Source: a virus
Taxonomy: Duplodnaviria > Caudoviricetes
Reading direction: 5' to 3' (one strand)
IMG/VR virus record: IMGVR_UViG_3300040806_002192
Coordinates: 1 to 53,922 of that record
Length of the DNA stretch: 53,922 nucleotides
The translations under genes were made by a program, and so were the position numbers. A model generated the notes under the pieces. It saw nothing but the letters and a program-made list of their open reading frames with translations, was not told the DNA's origin and ran no database searches. Below are positions 9,080-18,605 of the stretch, one piece after another (positions within the stretch are counted from its first letter, which is position 1; each line of letters begins with the position of its first letter).

Positions 9080-10822
9080 TTATCCATCGCAGCTTAAACA
9101 ATCAGGATCCATAGCCGCTGCTGCTATATCTCCCCTTAATACAGATTCTGTACGTGTATAATACAAAGTTTTAATACCACGTTTCCACGCTTCAATATGC
9201 ACCTGATTCAACCATCTAGGCGGTGCTTCTGATGGAAATGCTAGATTTAAACTAACAGACTGGTCTATATAATCTTGTCTTATACCCGCTTGTTTTACTA
9301 GTTCTAATTGATTAATTTCTTTAAATGTTTTAAATACATTTTTTACAGGTTCTCCTTCTTCTTGAGTAAGTCTTCCTCCGTGATCGTAAAACCATCCATT
9401 AAGTTGTTTAATTCCTTGAATGGATCCACCATCTTCCAAAATTTTGTCCCAAGTTTCTTTATTATTGATTCCAACTTTTCTTAATACTTTTTCTAATTCT
9501 TTATTTTTTCTAATAAATGTTCCTTTAGCAGATTGTTCAGTGAACACATTTGCAGCCCATGGCTCAATTCCTGGCGAAACATTACCAGAAAGTTTTGAGT
9601 TCGATACGGTTGGCGCAACAGCTCTTAAATGCGTATTGCGGAAGCCTGTACCGACGCACCAAAGTGGTTCGCCATATGTTTCAGCTAATGCTCTTGAAGC
9701 TCTTTCTGTTTCAATTTTTATTTTGCTAAATATCTCGCGAGTTTTAAATTGAGCTAACAAGCCTTCAAAGGCAATACCGTTTCTTTGTAGTAAACTATGC
9801 CAGCCTAGAACTCCCAGCCCAAGAGCCCGTCCCTTCACAGCTGACCTTACAGAATTTTCGAACCCTCGCATGTTCTTTGCTCTCTGTATGAATTCTTCCA
9901 GGACACCGTCCAGGAACCAAGTAGCATCGTACACTAGATTTGTATTTTTCCATTCGTCGTATTTTTCTAAATTAAGTGATGATAAGCAGCAAACAAAACT
10001 ATGCGATTCATCTGTATGTAGTGTTATTTCACTACATATATTAGTCATGTGCACCTTTAGGCTATTTTTCTTATATGCTTCTGGATTAGACTTGTTCGTG
10101 TTGCCTTTAAAAAGGATATATGGTTCCCCAGTTGCTTTACGTTTTTGGAGTAGCTTCGACCATCTTTGCCTAGCGTCTTGATTTCCCGCTTCAAGTCTTC
10201 GCATAAACTTATCGCCAACGACAACACACTGGTGTAAGTTAAGAGATTGTCTATTGACGTCTCCTTTAGGTTCCCTAATTTCAAGCCAATCGAGGAAGTC
10301 ATCGTGTTCAATATTGATATTAACTGAAGCAGCTCCTCTTCTAACGCTACCTTGGTTGGTTGCGAGTATAGTTGAGTCGTAGATTTTGCAAAAAGGGACA
10401 ACGCCGTCTGAAGTTCCATTACCTGTTATTTTAGCACCAGCGGGACGTATCATATTAATTCCGATACCAACACCCCCGCCGTGTTTTGCTAGTAACATCA
10501 TTTCTAAATTTTTAGCTCCAATATCCTGTATACTATCTGCTACGTCAATACCAAAGCAACTAATAGGTAAACCCCTGTCTGTGCCTGTATTAGACAGCAC
10601 AGGAGAAGCTAAACATAACCAACCCTGCCATATATACTCAAAAAACTTTTCAGCTAATTCTGGCTTGTATAATCGTCTCGCGACTGCGTTGCAGACTCTC
10701 CAGTACGCTTCTTTAGGGGTTTCTCCGTTAAGTAAATATCCCCCGGATATAGTCTTTTTGTAAACTTCTGTGTCTCCCCAGTTTGGATAGTCAACACCTT
10801 TTTTCCATTCATTGTTCCACAT
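9080..10822 (-). CDS. nrdA: Ribonucleotide reductase class Ia alpha subunit (short, no ATP cone)
   Basis: Motifs LASPVLSN, LPISCF, KHGGGVG, active-site TNICSE, APTVSNS, KTLYY and C-terminal CLSC. Confidence 0.95.
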   Translation of the reverse strand: MWNNEWKKGVDYPNWGDTEVYKKTISGGYLLNGETPKEAYWRVCNAVARRLYKPELAEKFFEYIWQGWLCLASPVLSNTGTDRGLPISCFGIDVADSIQDIGAKNLEMMLLAKHGGGVGIGINMIRPAGAKITGNGTSDGVVPFCKIYDSTILATNQGSVRRGAASVNINIEHDDFLDWLEIREPKGDVNRQSLNLHQCVVVGDKFMRRLEAGNQDARQRWSKLLQKRKATGEPYILFKGNTNKSNPEAYKKNSLKVHMTNICSEITLHTDESHSFVCCLSSLNLEKYDEWKNTNLVYDATWFLDGVLEEFIQRAKNMRGFENSVRSAVKGRALGLGVLGWHSLLQRNGIAFEGLLAQFKTREIFSKIKIETERASRALAETYGEPLWCVGTGFRNTHLRAVAPTVSNSKLSGNVSPGIEPWAANVFTEQSAKGTFIRKNKELEKVLRKVGINNKETWDKILEDGGSIQGIKQLNGWFYDHGGRLTQEEGEPVKNVFKTFKEINQLELVKQAGIRQDYIDQSVSLNLAFPSEAPPRWLNQVHIEAWKRGIKTLYYTRTESVLRGDIAAAAMDPDCLSCDG

Positions 10823-11185
10823 TTATATATTGTATAAATAAATTAAATAACCTATTACAAGGTTTATGTTAATAATAACTAAGTTCCACTGTTTAGCTAC
10901 CCATACTTGGGGGATTAATAATAACCCTCCAACTATATAAGTTAGAGCACCCATTATACCATAATTAAGTAAGTAAGGTGAAATCATTATGAAAGCTGAG
11001 CCCATATATCCTAATCTAGAAGACAATCTTTCAACTGGAGTTAGTCTTCTTTCTTTAACTAATGATCTAAGCCATCTTTGTTTGAAACGGTATTCGCATT
11101 TTATGCATGTTTTTTTACCTTTTCTAAACTTTATTGGTAATTTACTTTTTTCACATTTATTACATGTTATTTTAATTTCTGCCAT
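10823..11185 (-). CDS. Zn-ribbon (CxxC...CxxC) plus multi-TM membrane protein between nrdB and nrdA
   Basis: CNKC...CIKC followed by about 3 hydrophobic segments; its stop abuts the nrdA start. Confidence 0.6.
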   Translation of the reverse strand: MAEIKITCNKCEKSKLPIKFRKGKKTCIKCEYRFKQRWLRSLVKERRLTPVERLSSRLGYMGSAFIMISPYLLNYGIMGALTYIVGGLLLIPQVWVAKQWNLVIININLVIGYLIYLYNI

Positions 11186-11257
11186 AGCTCATTTATATTG
11201 TAGTTTACAAGCGAAAATAAAAATATAATTTTTTTTATTGTCATTTATTTAAATATA

Positions 11258-12226
11258 TTACCAAATATCCTCAAAGTCTTCTCCCTCATTCGCTTTGGAA
11301 TAATCAGTCGGGCGAACAGCAAAAAAATCAGTATGAGTATGCCCCCCGGTAAGATGATAGAACCAATCAAGATTTTCTGATGCGCTTTCGTCAAACGCAA
11401 AGTACTCCCCGAGGTCGAAGTAACCAAGTTCTTGCAATTTTTCATTGAGACGTTTTCTAATGAATTGTTTAAGGTCGTAAGCTCTAAGGTTTTCAATGTC
11501 CCCGAGTTCGAACATTTTGTCAATATACTTTTCTTCTGATTCAAGCATTGTTTTTGCTGCTGTAATAACGTCATCTCTACAATCTTCTAGTAAGTTAGGT
11601 CTTTCTTTACACATATGTCTAAATAATTGACAGCCCATCTTACTGTGCAATGATTCGTCTCTAACAGACCATTTCATCTGTTGTCCAATGCCTTTAAGAA
11701 GGTTTCTAAGCTGAAAAGAATAAAGCACAGCAAAAGCGGAATATAAAGATACTCCTTCAGCAAAAGCACTAAATATAGCCAAAGACTTTCCAATTCCCAC
11801 AGGGTCAATACCGTCATAGGCAACAAGGTTTTCGAATCGCTCTGCAGTAGCAGGTTCATGCAAAAATGCTTCAAAGTCTTCAAGCCCTAGTGTTTCGTTT
11901 AAATATGAATATGCTACAGCGTGAATTGTTTCTTGGCTACCAAACATCATAGCCATTTGCTGGATTTCGTGCTTGGGAAACCAATTAACAACTTTTTGTG
12001 TCCAGTAATCAGATACCGCACATTCTGTTTGAGCAAAACCTAAAAGAATATTTCCTACTAAATTTTTTTCAGCACTAGTTAATTTTTCGTTCCAGTCTTT
12101 AACGTCTCCCGACATAGGTATTTCGGTATGTAACCAAAATGCTTGTGCTTGTTTTAACCATCCGTCATTATAGTATTCAGGATATTCAAAAGGTTTATAT
12201 GCTATACGCGGTTCAAATAGACCCAT
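11258..12226 (-). CDS. nrdB: Ribonucleotide reductase class Ia beta subunit
   Basis: YKPFEYP, FWLHTE, ETIHAVAY (Fe ligands and radical Tyr), EGVSLYSAF, RDESLH, C-terminal TDFF. Confidence 0.95.
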   Translation of the reverse strand: MGLFEPRIAYKPFEYPEYYNDGWLKQAQAFWLHTEIPMSGDVKDWNEKLTSAEKNLVGNILLGFAQTECAVSDYWTQKVVNWFPKHEIQQMAMMFGSQETIHAVAYSYLNETLGLEDFEAFLHEPATAERFENLVAYDGIDPVGIGKSLAIFSAFAEGVSLYSAFAVLYSFQLRNLLKGIGQQMKWSVRDESLHSKMGCQLFRHMCKERPNLLEDCRDDVITAAKTMLESEEKYIDKMFELGDIENLRAYDLKQFIRKRLNEKLQELGYFDLGEYFAFDESASENLDWFYHLTGGHTHTDFFAVRPTDYSKANEGEDFEDIW

Positions 12227-12436
12227 TTATATTTCTAATTTTTTTTCGTTATTATTTTGTTTTGCTTTTTCTTTTAGCTGTTCTACCATTTCATCATAAT
12301 TAGGAAGCTGTTGTATAAAAGCGTATAGTCCAGAAACACGCTCATCTAACATTTTCATTTCCATAATTATTTGTTCTGATATGGTTTTTAGCTGTATAAT
12401 TTTGCCAGCAAGCTCAGCTCTGGTTGGTGTGCTCAT
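12227..12436 (-). CDS. Hypothetical coiled-coil protein
   Basis: 69-aa ORF abutting the nrdB start. Confidence 0.6.
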   Translation of the reverse strand: MSTPTRAELAGKIIQLKTISEQIIMEMKMLDERVSGLYAFIQQLPNYDEMVEQLKEKAKQNNNEKKLEI

Positions 12437-12573
12437 ATTTAAAATTTTTACTTAATATTAAAGGACTTTCATCTTTATTAGATTGTATTTCAAAATGACT
12501 GTCTTTTTCTTTTATAATTATTTTTTTATTCTTAAATCTATTAGGATATTTTTTTAATAAGTATTCGTATAAA

Positions 12574-12711
12574 TCATTCATTATATATTGCTAAACAAAG
12601 TTCTACAAAAGGTATATATATTACGTGCTCATTGTATCCGTCGTTAATATAAGTTCTCGCTCCAATAACAACACCAGGATATAGTCCTATGCTAAGTTCC
12701 CATGGCTTCAT
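12574..12711 (-). CDS. Small hypothetical protein (45 aa, below ORF-track cutoff)
   Basis: Read manually: MKPWELSIGLYPGVVIGARTYINDGYNEHVIYIPFVELCLAIYNE*; fills the gap in the operon. Confidence 0.55.
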   Translation of the reverse strand: MKPWELSIGLYPGVVIGARTYINDGYNEHVIYIPFVELCLAIYNE

Positions 12712-12734
12712 ATTGTTGTTCTTTTAAATAATAA

Positions 12735-13004
12735 TTAAGCATTTTCATGTGGTGGGTTATCCTCTCTGAATAATGACTCCTCAATGTAAAATCCATATCG
12801 TCCTGCGATTTCGTCAATTGTTCTTGAGTTAATTCGCTTGCTATTTCTTGCATATTTTTTAATATCTTTTTCTAGTTTACGTCTTTTATAATGTAAAGAA
12901 GCTAATTTTTTCTGCTTTCTTTTATTAATTGAATCGTCCTGTCCACTTCTCTCTGATTTTGCGGTTTGTAAAGCGTCTTTCCAATATTGTTTTTTGTCAG
13001 CCAT
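12735..13004 (-). CDS. Basic hypothetical protein (start uncertain)
   Basis: The 3' part fills the gap after the endonuclease; the 5' ~100 nt overlap that gene, so the true start is likely downstream. Confidence 0.4.
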   Translation of the reverse strand: MADKKQYWKDALQTAKSERSGQDDSINKRKQKKLASLHYKRRKLEKDIKKYARNSKRINSRTIDEIAGRYGFYIEESLFREDNPPHENA

Positions 13005-13351
13005 AATTTAAATAATTTCCAACGCAAGGGAAAAGACTCATTAGCTCTTCCCTTACATTCTATTATGTAATCTTTTCCAGTAAAGTCAGGTGTATATTTA
13101 ATCCCCAGCACTTTCTTGCTCCCCCTGTTAGTGTAGTCACCTTTTCCATTTGATTGTTTTTCGTAAGATTCATTTTTAAAATCAAAACTTTCGACAAGCT
13201 GGAAAACTTCACCTTCATAATATTCAAATAATTTTTCTTTCTTTAAAGCCATATAAGTATAACGTTCTAAACCTGACGCAAAATTAATACCATCATATGT
13301 TATTTTCTTTGCTGTTACAGGCCCTCGCTTTTTACTTTTTTTTCGTTTCAT
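12902..13351 (-). CDS. PD-(D/E)xK endonuclease (T7 endo I / DUF1064-like; possible Holliday junction resolvase)
   Basis: DGINFASGLE...YTPDF...IIECKG...RWKLFK. Confidence 0.75.
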   Translation of the reverse strand: MKRKKSKKRGPVTAKKITYDGINFASGLERYTYMALKKEKLFEYYEGEVFQLVESFDFKNESYEKQSNGKGDYTNRGSKKVLGIKYTPDFTGKDYIIECKGRANESFPLRWKLFKLWLTKNNIGKTLYKPQNQREVDRTIQLIKESRKN

Positions 13352-13662
13352 GTATTATTAGTTGTCCAGGTTTTATCAATATTATATCCCAATTGATCTG
13401 GTGGGCCAGGCTCAGGATATGATGACATAAGTTCTGCATCTACATCAATATCTTTAATATAGCAGTCTTCAATTTCTTCTCGCAAAGACATTCTTGCTTT
13501 TTCAATATAATTAACCGCATCCATTAATTCTTCTTGTAAATGATTAAGCCAGGCATCTAATGGTTGATCGTCATCATTAAGAGTCACGCCATATTTCTTA
13601 AAGCCTACATCAGATCGTTTCTGTATTTTGCTTATTACTTGTTGTATAATTTTATCACGCAT
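13348..13662 (-). CDS. Conserved phage protein, MazG/dNTP-pyrophosphatase-like helical fold
   Basis: RSDVGFKKYG...WLNHLQEELMDAVNY with an EExxD acidic motif; next to MazG and thyA. Confidence 0.5.
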   Translation of the reverse strand: MRDKIIQQVISKIQKRSDVGFKKYGVTLNDDDQPLDAWLNHLQEELMDAVNYIEKARMSLREEIEDCYIKDIDVDAELMSSYPEPGPPDQLGYNIDKTWTTNNT

Positions 13663-14446
13663 CTTTTACAAATGTTCCATTAATCATTCTACCAGTTCTA
13701 TTAGATATTTCATCATAAGCAGACTGAATGCAGTCTTCAATATTGACACCGACAAGGTGGGCAAGATTAGTAAGAACAACAACACTATCACCAATAGCAT
13801 CAATAATACCCTCTTTGTCGTTTTTAAGTATAGCTTGGGATAGCTCTCCTGATTCTTCATATAGTTTAATTAATTGTGTTTTTGCGTCGCCCTTATCATA
13901 TATACCTCTGATTTTAGCCCATTCTCTAATTAATTCAAATTGGTCATTGTGCGAATATAGTTTTTCTTCGCTTAGTTTTTGGAACTCACCCGCTTCAGCC
14001 ATGGCTTTATTATAAATATAACAGGAGTTAGGGCCAAATTGACTATTATGTACATTAGATATAACCCAATCAATTTTATCAGTTGAATCAAGTTTAAACG
14101 TTCCATACTGTGTTTTAATTTCTAAGTCCGCTAAAAATGCTGTATCTAATTCTTTAGAAGATATTTTAAATGTAGTAGTTGCCGCGGATGAGCTGTGTTT
14201 ATTCATAGTCTTTTTAAATAAGTCTTTATAAGGTCTCCTATCTATTTTGTAGCCTAAATCCTCTTGAAGTGTTCTTTCAACTTTGGAAGCTTCAGCCACG
14301 TCATCGGTTTCAAATAATATTTCGTATTCGCCATTTTTATAACCTTGAGCTTCAATCACTCGCTTTTGTATATTGCTTGTGCACCCAACTTTAACTCCTG
14401 GTATATGGTAAATTTTATATTTACCTTTGCTTATTGTTGCTTCCAT
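13655..14446 (-). CDS. GIY-YIG-like N-terminal domain fused to MazG-like NTP pyrophosphohydrolase
   Basis: N-terminal YKIYHIPGVKVGCTSNIQKR...E; C-terminal WAKIRGI...KLYEESGEL...DAIGDSVVVL. Confidence 0.75.
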   Translation of the reverse strand: MEATISKGKYKIYHIPGVKVGCTSNIQKRVIEAQGYKNGEYEILFETDDVAEASKVERTLQEDLGYKIDRRPYKDLFKKTMNKHSSSAATTTFKISSKELDTAFLADLEIKTQYGTFKLDSTDKIDWVISNVHNSQFGPNSCYIYNKAMAEAGEFQKLSEEKLYSHNDQFELIREWAKIRGIYDKGDAKTQLIKLYEESGELSQAILKNDKEGIIDAIGDSVVVLTNLAHLVGVNIEDCIQSAYDEISNRTGRMINGTFVKDA

Positions 14447-14527
14447 TTCTTTTTTAATGATTTAATTATATTTAAACTTTCTTCGCTAAGAAATTGACCC
14501 ATATAGTTGTTTTTTTCAAACCAGTAT

Positions 14528-15358
14528 TTAAATTCCGACGTTGAGTTTTGCTTTGATTGGCTCATGAGGATTATAATCTTTTAAATGAATCATATTATGT
14601 GTTGGTATCATTATGAAATTTCCAGCACCCTGTTCAATACGTAGTCCGTAGTCAATTTCCACGTTAGGCAATTCCCTAAAATCACGAGATAATTGCTTTC
14701 TAGCTTGGTCGATATGGTTGTTGTAAAGATGACAATCACCAAGTGAAGCAGTAAGCCTCCCAGGTTTATAACCCGATCCTTTTGCCAACATAAGTAAAAG
14801 TAAACCATACATGGCAATATCATAAGGCAAACCAAGAAAAACATCAACGGATCGCTGATTCCATAATAAGTCAAGTTTTCCATTATTTATATATATTTGA
14901 AAACCATAATGACAAGGAGGAAGTGCCATGTCATCCACATCATTGGGATTCCATAAGCTTGCCATAATACGCCTCGATGTTGGCTCCTGTTTAATTTGCT
15001 TGAGTATTTTTTCAAGCTGATCAACACCATTAAAGTTCCTAAGCTGGCGCCCATAAACAGGACCAAGCGTACCATCAGTTCTACCTGACCGCTCATAATC
15101 AGCATTCCAGTAAGTAAGGCCATTATTGTTAAGGAAAGCAATGTCAGTACGTCCCTGTAAAATCCATAATAATTCTGTAACCGCATGTTTAAAAAATATT
15201 TTTTTAGTAGTTAGCAATGGAAACCCAAGCTCCATATCATGTCTAAGCATTCTTCCAAAGACAGATTGCGTCCCAGTTTTTGTTCTATCCTCTTTTTGTG
15301 CTCCGCCGTGGAGTACTCCTGATAATAGTCCTCTGTATTCATCTTGTACGTTTATCAT
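14528..15358 (-). CDS. thyA: Thymidylate synthase
   Basis: DRTKTGT, FPLLTTKK, ELLW, LGPVYG, SRR, MALPPCH, QRSVDVFLGLPYD, HLYNNH. Confidence 0.95.
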   Translation of the reverse strand: MINVQDEYRGLLSGVLHGGAQKEDRTKTGTQSVFGRMLRHDMELGFPLLTTKKIFFKHAVTELLWILQGRTDIAFLNNNGLTYWNADYERSGRTDGTLGPVYGRQLRNFNGVDQLEKILKQIKQEPTSRRIMASLWNPNDVDDMALPPCHYGFQIYINNGKLDLLWNQRSVDVFLGLPYDIAMYGLLLLMLAKGSGYKPGRLTASLGDCHLYNNHIDQARKQLSRDFRELPNVEIDYGLRIEQGAGNFIMIPTHNMIHLKDYNPHEPIKAKLNVGI

Positions 15359-15605
15359 AATAATATTTACACATTTCGTAATAGCTAGGCCATATGGTAT
15401 TTTTGTCGTATATATGTGGTGCTATATTAGCTTTTTCACCTTTTATATATGGCCCAATATTTATACCAATCTTCCATTTACCAATTTCACCGTTTATACC
15501 TAAAGGCGATATTCTTATGTTGTTTCTAACACAGTAATCACGCGCTTTGGTTTCTTCGATAGTAGGATTATATGCTGGCATCCAGTTTTCTTTTTTCTTA
15601 GCCAT
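15339..15605 (-). CDS. Hypothetical protein
   Basis: 88-aa ORF coupled to the primase-helicase stop and thyA start. Confidence 0.6.
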   Translation of the reverse strand: MAKKKENWMPAYNPTIEETKARDYCVRNNIRISPLGINGEIGKWKIGINIGPYIKGEKANIAPHIYDKNTIWPSYYEMCKYYYDKRTR

Positions 15606-17308
15606 TATTCCCAGGGCATTGATTCGTTACTAAAGGTAGTTAAAGGCATATAATCTCCTGAAGCATGATTCCATTTAAAATGTGCTTCCGCTTGATTTTC
15701 TCCTAAGTTTTGAAATTTTACTTTAAGTACTTTGACTTTCACTGAATTATTAGTATAGTCTCTATGTACTAGTAACCCGTGATAAGACGCATCATACCAT
15801 TCTCCCCCTCCTTTGATATTATACATAGTGGGTTCGTCCATAGTACCATCGTCTTTTTTGTACATTTTAGTTGGGTGTGCTACAACAACCACTAGAACGT
15901 CATACTTTTTTGCAAAAGCTTCTATTCTAGCTAAATATTCCATTGTTGCGTCTGGTATAGACATATCAGAAGCACCTTTCATTTTAACTTTATTGTAAGG
16001 ATCAATTACTAAACATTTAATGCCTTTTCTTTTAACTAATTCCGCACCTTTTTTAAGAACTGTATCTAAGTCATATCGTTCCGCTTCTATAAAATAAAAA
16101 TTATCATTTACAACTTCAAAGCAACGATTCCACTTTTCAGAGCCTAAATCGCTTTCTTTAGGCATCCAACCGCCAATCTTTCTAATTAATTTATGCGCAT
16201 GTAAAAACGTGGGTTTATTTTCCGGTGAAGCAAAAGCTGTTTTCCAACCATATTTCATTTGGTAACCCACAGCCATTCGATCAACAAAATCAGACTTGCC
16301 AGAGCTAGGCACACCTGTAACGGTGATGAATTGTCCTGTGTAAGTACTGAATATGCTATCAAAGTTATCAAGACCGATTTGATACCCAGGTTTAAAACCT
16401 TCATAAATAAATTCTTCAAGTTCTTCATTTATATCTCCTACTGTTACAACGTTCTCTAAAGGAACGGGTTGTGCATTATGTATAGCATCGCGAACAGCGT
16501 TCCTACCATTAGCAATAATAAGCTCATTAGCATCTTTATACTCTCCGAAACTTGCCAGCCAGCATACCTCCGCCCCAAAGCGACGTATAAGTTCTTGTTG
16601 TAAATTTTGACCAGCTTCATCAGAGTCCGTAGCGAGTATGATTTTTGATTTATTTTCAAAATACTCAATACAGTTATCAAGGTAATCAAGATTAAGCCGG
16701 TTAAGTGTAGCACCATTTGGTACGGAAACAACATTATGTATGCCAGCTTCATATAAAGATAAAGCATCCATTTCACCTTCCACAATAACGCACCAGTCGT
16801 GGCCAACAATATTATCGAGATTATAAAAGATTTTTTCGGCGTCCTTAACAAGTTTGAAATTTTTCCTACCATCTCTATATTTTATATTTATTAATTCTTT
16901 ATTTATAAAATAATTAAATTGGATTGTATTTTCATTCTTTCCCGTTTGAGGCATCCATTCTATACCTTCAGATACTTTTAAATGTTTAAGGGTAGATTGT
17001 GATATTCCTCTACCCTCAAACCATTTAATTGCTTTGTCAGACAGATTAGTAGTGTTTTTCCATTCAGGTCTAACATAAACTTTATCGCTGCCGCCTTTTC
17101 TTTTAAAGGTATGCAATTGAAATACTTCATCGCAATTCATACAAGTACCGAGACCACGTTCCCAATCATACATAGCGCATTTTGCCTTACGATTTTCAGG
17201 TTTCCTATCATGTGAACATTTAGGGCATACACCTTCCTTCTTGCCAACTTCAAGGTCATATTGATTGAACTGGTCAATCGTAAATCCATTGATCTCTGTT
17301 GTATTCAT
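15605..17308 (-). CDS. T7 gp4/Twinkle-type primase-helicase
   Basis: Zn finger CPKC...CMNC, NIKYR, TOPRIM IVEGEMDALS and ATDSDEAG, Walker A GVPSSGKS, VIDPY, VAHPTK. Confidence 0.93.
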   Translation of the reverse strand: MNTTEINGFTIDQFNQYDLEVGKKEGVCPKCSHDRKPENRKAKCAMYDWERGLGTCMNCDEVFQLHTFKRKGGSDKVYVRPEWKNTTNLSDKAIKWFEGRGISQSTLKHLKVSEGIEWMPQTGKNENTIQFNYFINKELINIKYRDGRKNFKLVKDAEKIFYNLDNIVGHDWCVIVEGEMDALSLYEAGIHNVVSVPNGATLNRLNLDYLDNCIEYFENKSKIILATDSDEAGQNLQQELIRRFGAEVCWLASFGEYKDANELIIANGRNAVRDAIHNAQPVPLENVVTVGDINEELEEFIYEGFKPGYQIGLDNFDSIFSTYTGQFITVTGVPSSGKSDFVDRMAVGYQMKYGWKTAFASPENKPTFLHAHKLIRKIGGWMPKESDLGSEKWNRCFEVVNDNFYFIEAERYDLDTVLKKGAELVKRKGIKCLVIDPYNKVKMKGASDMSIPDATMEYLARIEAFAKKYDVLVVVVAHPTKMYKKDDGTMDEPTMYNIKGGGEWYDASYHGLLVHRDYTNNSVKVKVLKVKFQNLGENQAEAHFKWNHASGDYMPLTTFSNESMPWE

Positions 17309-17377
17309 TTAATCTTCAATTAAAGTTATTTCACCGTCTTCGTTATACTCTGCGTACAAATAATCTTCTTCGTACAT
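17309..17377 (-). CDS. 22-aa acidic micro-ORF between SSB and primase-helicase
   Basis: MYEEDYLYAEYNEDGEITLIED*; TAATG overlap with the SSB stop, and its TAA directly precedes the primase ATG. Confidence 0.45.
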   Translation of the reverse strand: MYEEDYLYAEYNEDGEITLIED

Positions 17378-17691
17378 TAGAAAGGTAAATCAGGTTCTGC
17401 TGGCGCTTGCATTTGCACGGATGCTTGCTGAGGTGTATTTTCTCTAGCAGCTGTTGCAACATTTTCACCATTAGTCCAAACTACTTTAACATTACCAAGA
17501 TATTGCTTTTGCATTTTAGCATCTCTCTCTTCTTTAGTTTGTTCTGTCATAATATAACCAGAGTCGCCATATTGTCCTGGTTCATCGTTTAAAACGATAC
17601 TTACAGGATAATACTTTCCTTTTTTACCTTCGTAAATTTTTGACTTATCAATTTTTGTTAAGTCAATGTTTGCTGAAATAATACTTGCCAT
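17377..17691 (-). CDS. ssb: Single-stranded DNA-binding protein (Bacteroidota-phage type)
   Basis: IDLTKIDKSK..GKKGKY...TKEERDAK...YLGN and C-terminal DLPF tail; lies within the recombination/replication cluster. Confidence 0.75.
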   Translation of the reverse strand: MASIISANIDLTKIDKSKIYEGKKGKYYPVSIVLNDEPGQYGDSGYIMTEQTKEERDAKMQKQYLGNVKVVWTNGENVATAARENTPQQASVQMQAPAEPDLPF

Positions 17692-17858
17692 TAGTATGTA
17701 GCTAATTGATTAAACATTCTTCTTAACTGGTCTTTGTTAGCTCCAGTAACTCTACGTAAATTATCCACAGCCTTAACATGATTTTGTTTGCTGTAAAAAT
17801 TGTTAATACTAGTTGTTACTCCTGTAACATCACAAGTTCTTTTTCTTGTTCTTGCCAT
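17691..17858 (-). CDS. Small basic hypothetical protein (55 aa, below cutoff)
   Basis: MARTRKRTCDVTGVTTSINNFYSKQNHVKAVDNLRRVTGANKDQLRRMFNQLATY*; TAATG coupling to ssb. Confidence 0.6.
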   Translation of the reverse strand: MARTRKRTCDVTGVTTSINNFYSKQNHVKAVDNLRRVTGANKDQLRRMFNQLATY

Positions 17859-17873
17859 AATAAATAAATTAAA

Positions 17874-18605
17874 TTAAAGTGTTTTGGAGATATAATATTG
17901 GCTAAAATCTCCTTCGCCATTTACAAAAAATTCGTTATAAGCCTGTACGGCTCTAGCAACTTTATTTGAACCTGAATGCATGAATTTATCACTACAATCA
18001 AATAAACCAAGTTGCTTAGTGTTTTTATCAATTACAATAAAAACAAGTTCGTAGCCAAACATTTTTGAATAAATGTATGCCTGACTGTCGTAATTATATT
18101 TATAAGCGCTACTTTGAAAAGCATTTATATTTCCAGTAGTTTTTAAATCAACTACTAATTGATGCGAATGGTTTATAATATCCGCTTTGCCTTTCCACAT
18201 CATGCCCTCGAGCTCTACCAAACCAGGTACCTCATATTCAACTTTGCCCTCTTGAATTAAATCTTTAAATAATTCATTGTCTAACACTGTTTCCCTCATT
18301 AGTTCAATATCATCGGCTTCTTTTTCTAACAAACAAATATCTCCGCCTGATAATTCTTTATAAAGTTTAGTGTTGCGCGTACTCGATTTAATTATTTTGT
18401 ACTTATCAAGTTTGTGAGGCTCAAGGATGCACGTGTGAAAATAACCACCAATAACCAGTGCGGGAGATGGTGGTGTTTGCTTCTTAAAATCAAGAGGATT
18501 ATTTAATAATGCTGATATATCAGAATTACTTAGGTATTGTTTTCCAAACTCACCGTAATAATTCTCATCATCACGCAGATTATTTAATATCTCTTGTTTA
18601 TCCAT
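17874..18605 (-). CDS. RecE/ExoVIII-like PD-(D/E)xK exonuclease (DUF3799-like)
   Basis: LSNSDI...GGYFHTCILEP...EVP...WKGKADI...VDLKTT...YNYDSQAYIY. Confidence 0.85.
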   Translation of the reverse strand: MDKQEILNNLRDDENYYGEFGKQYLSNSDISALLNNPLDFKKQTPPSPALVIGGYFHTCILEPHKLDKYKIIKSSTRNTKLYKELSGGDICLLEKEADDIELMRETVLDNELFKDLIQEGKVEYEVPGLVELEGMMWKGKADIINHSHQLVVDLKTTGNINAFQSSAYKYNYDSQAYIYSKMFGYELVFIVIDKNTKQLGLFDCSDKFMHSGSNKVARAVQAYNEFFVNGEGDFSQYYISKTL

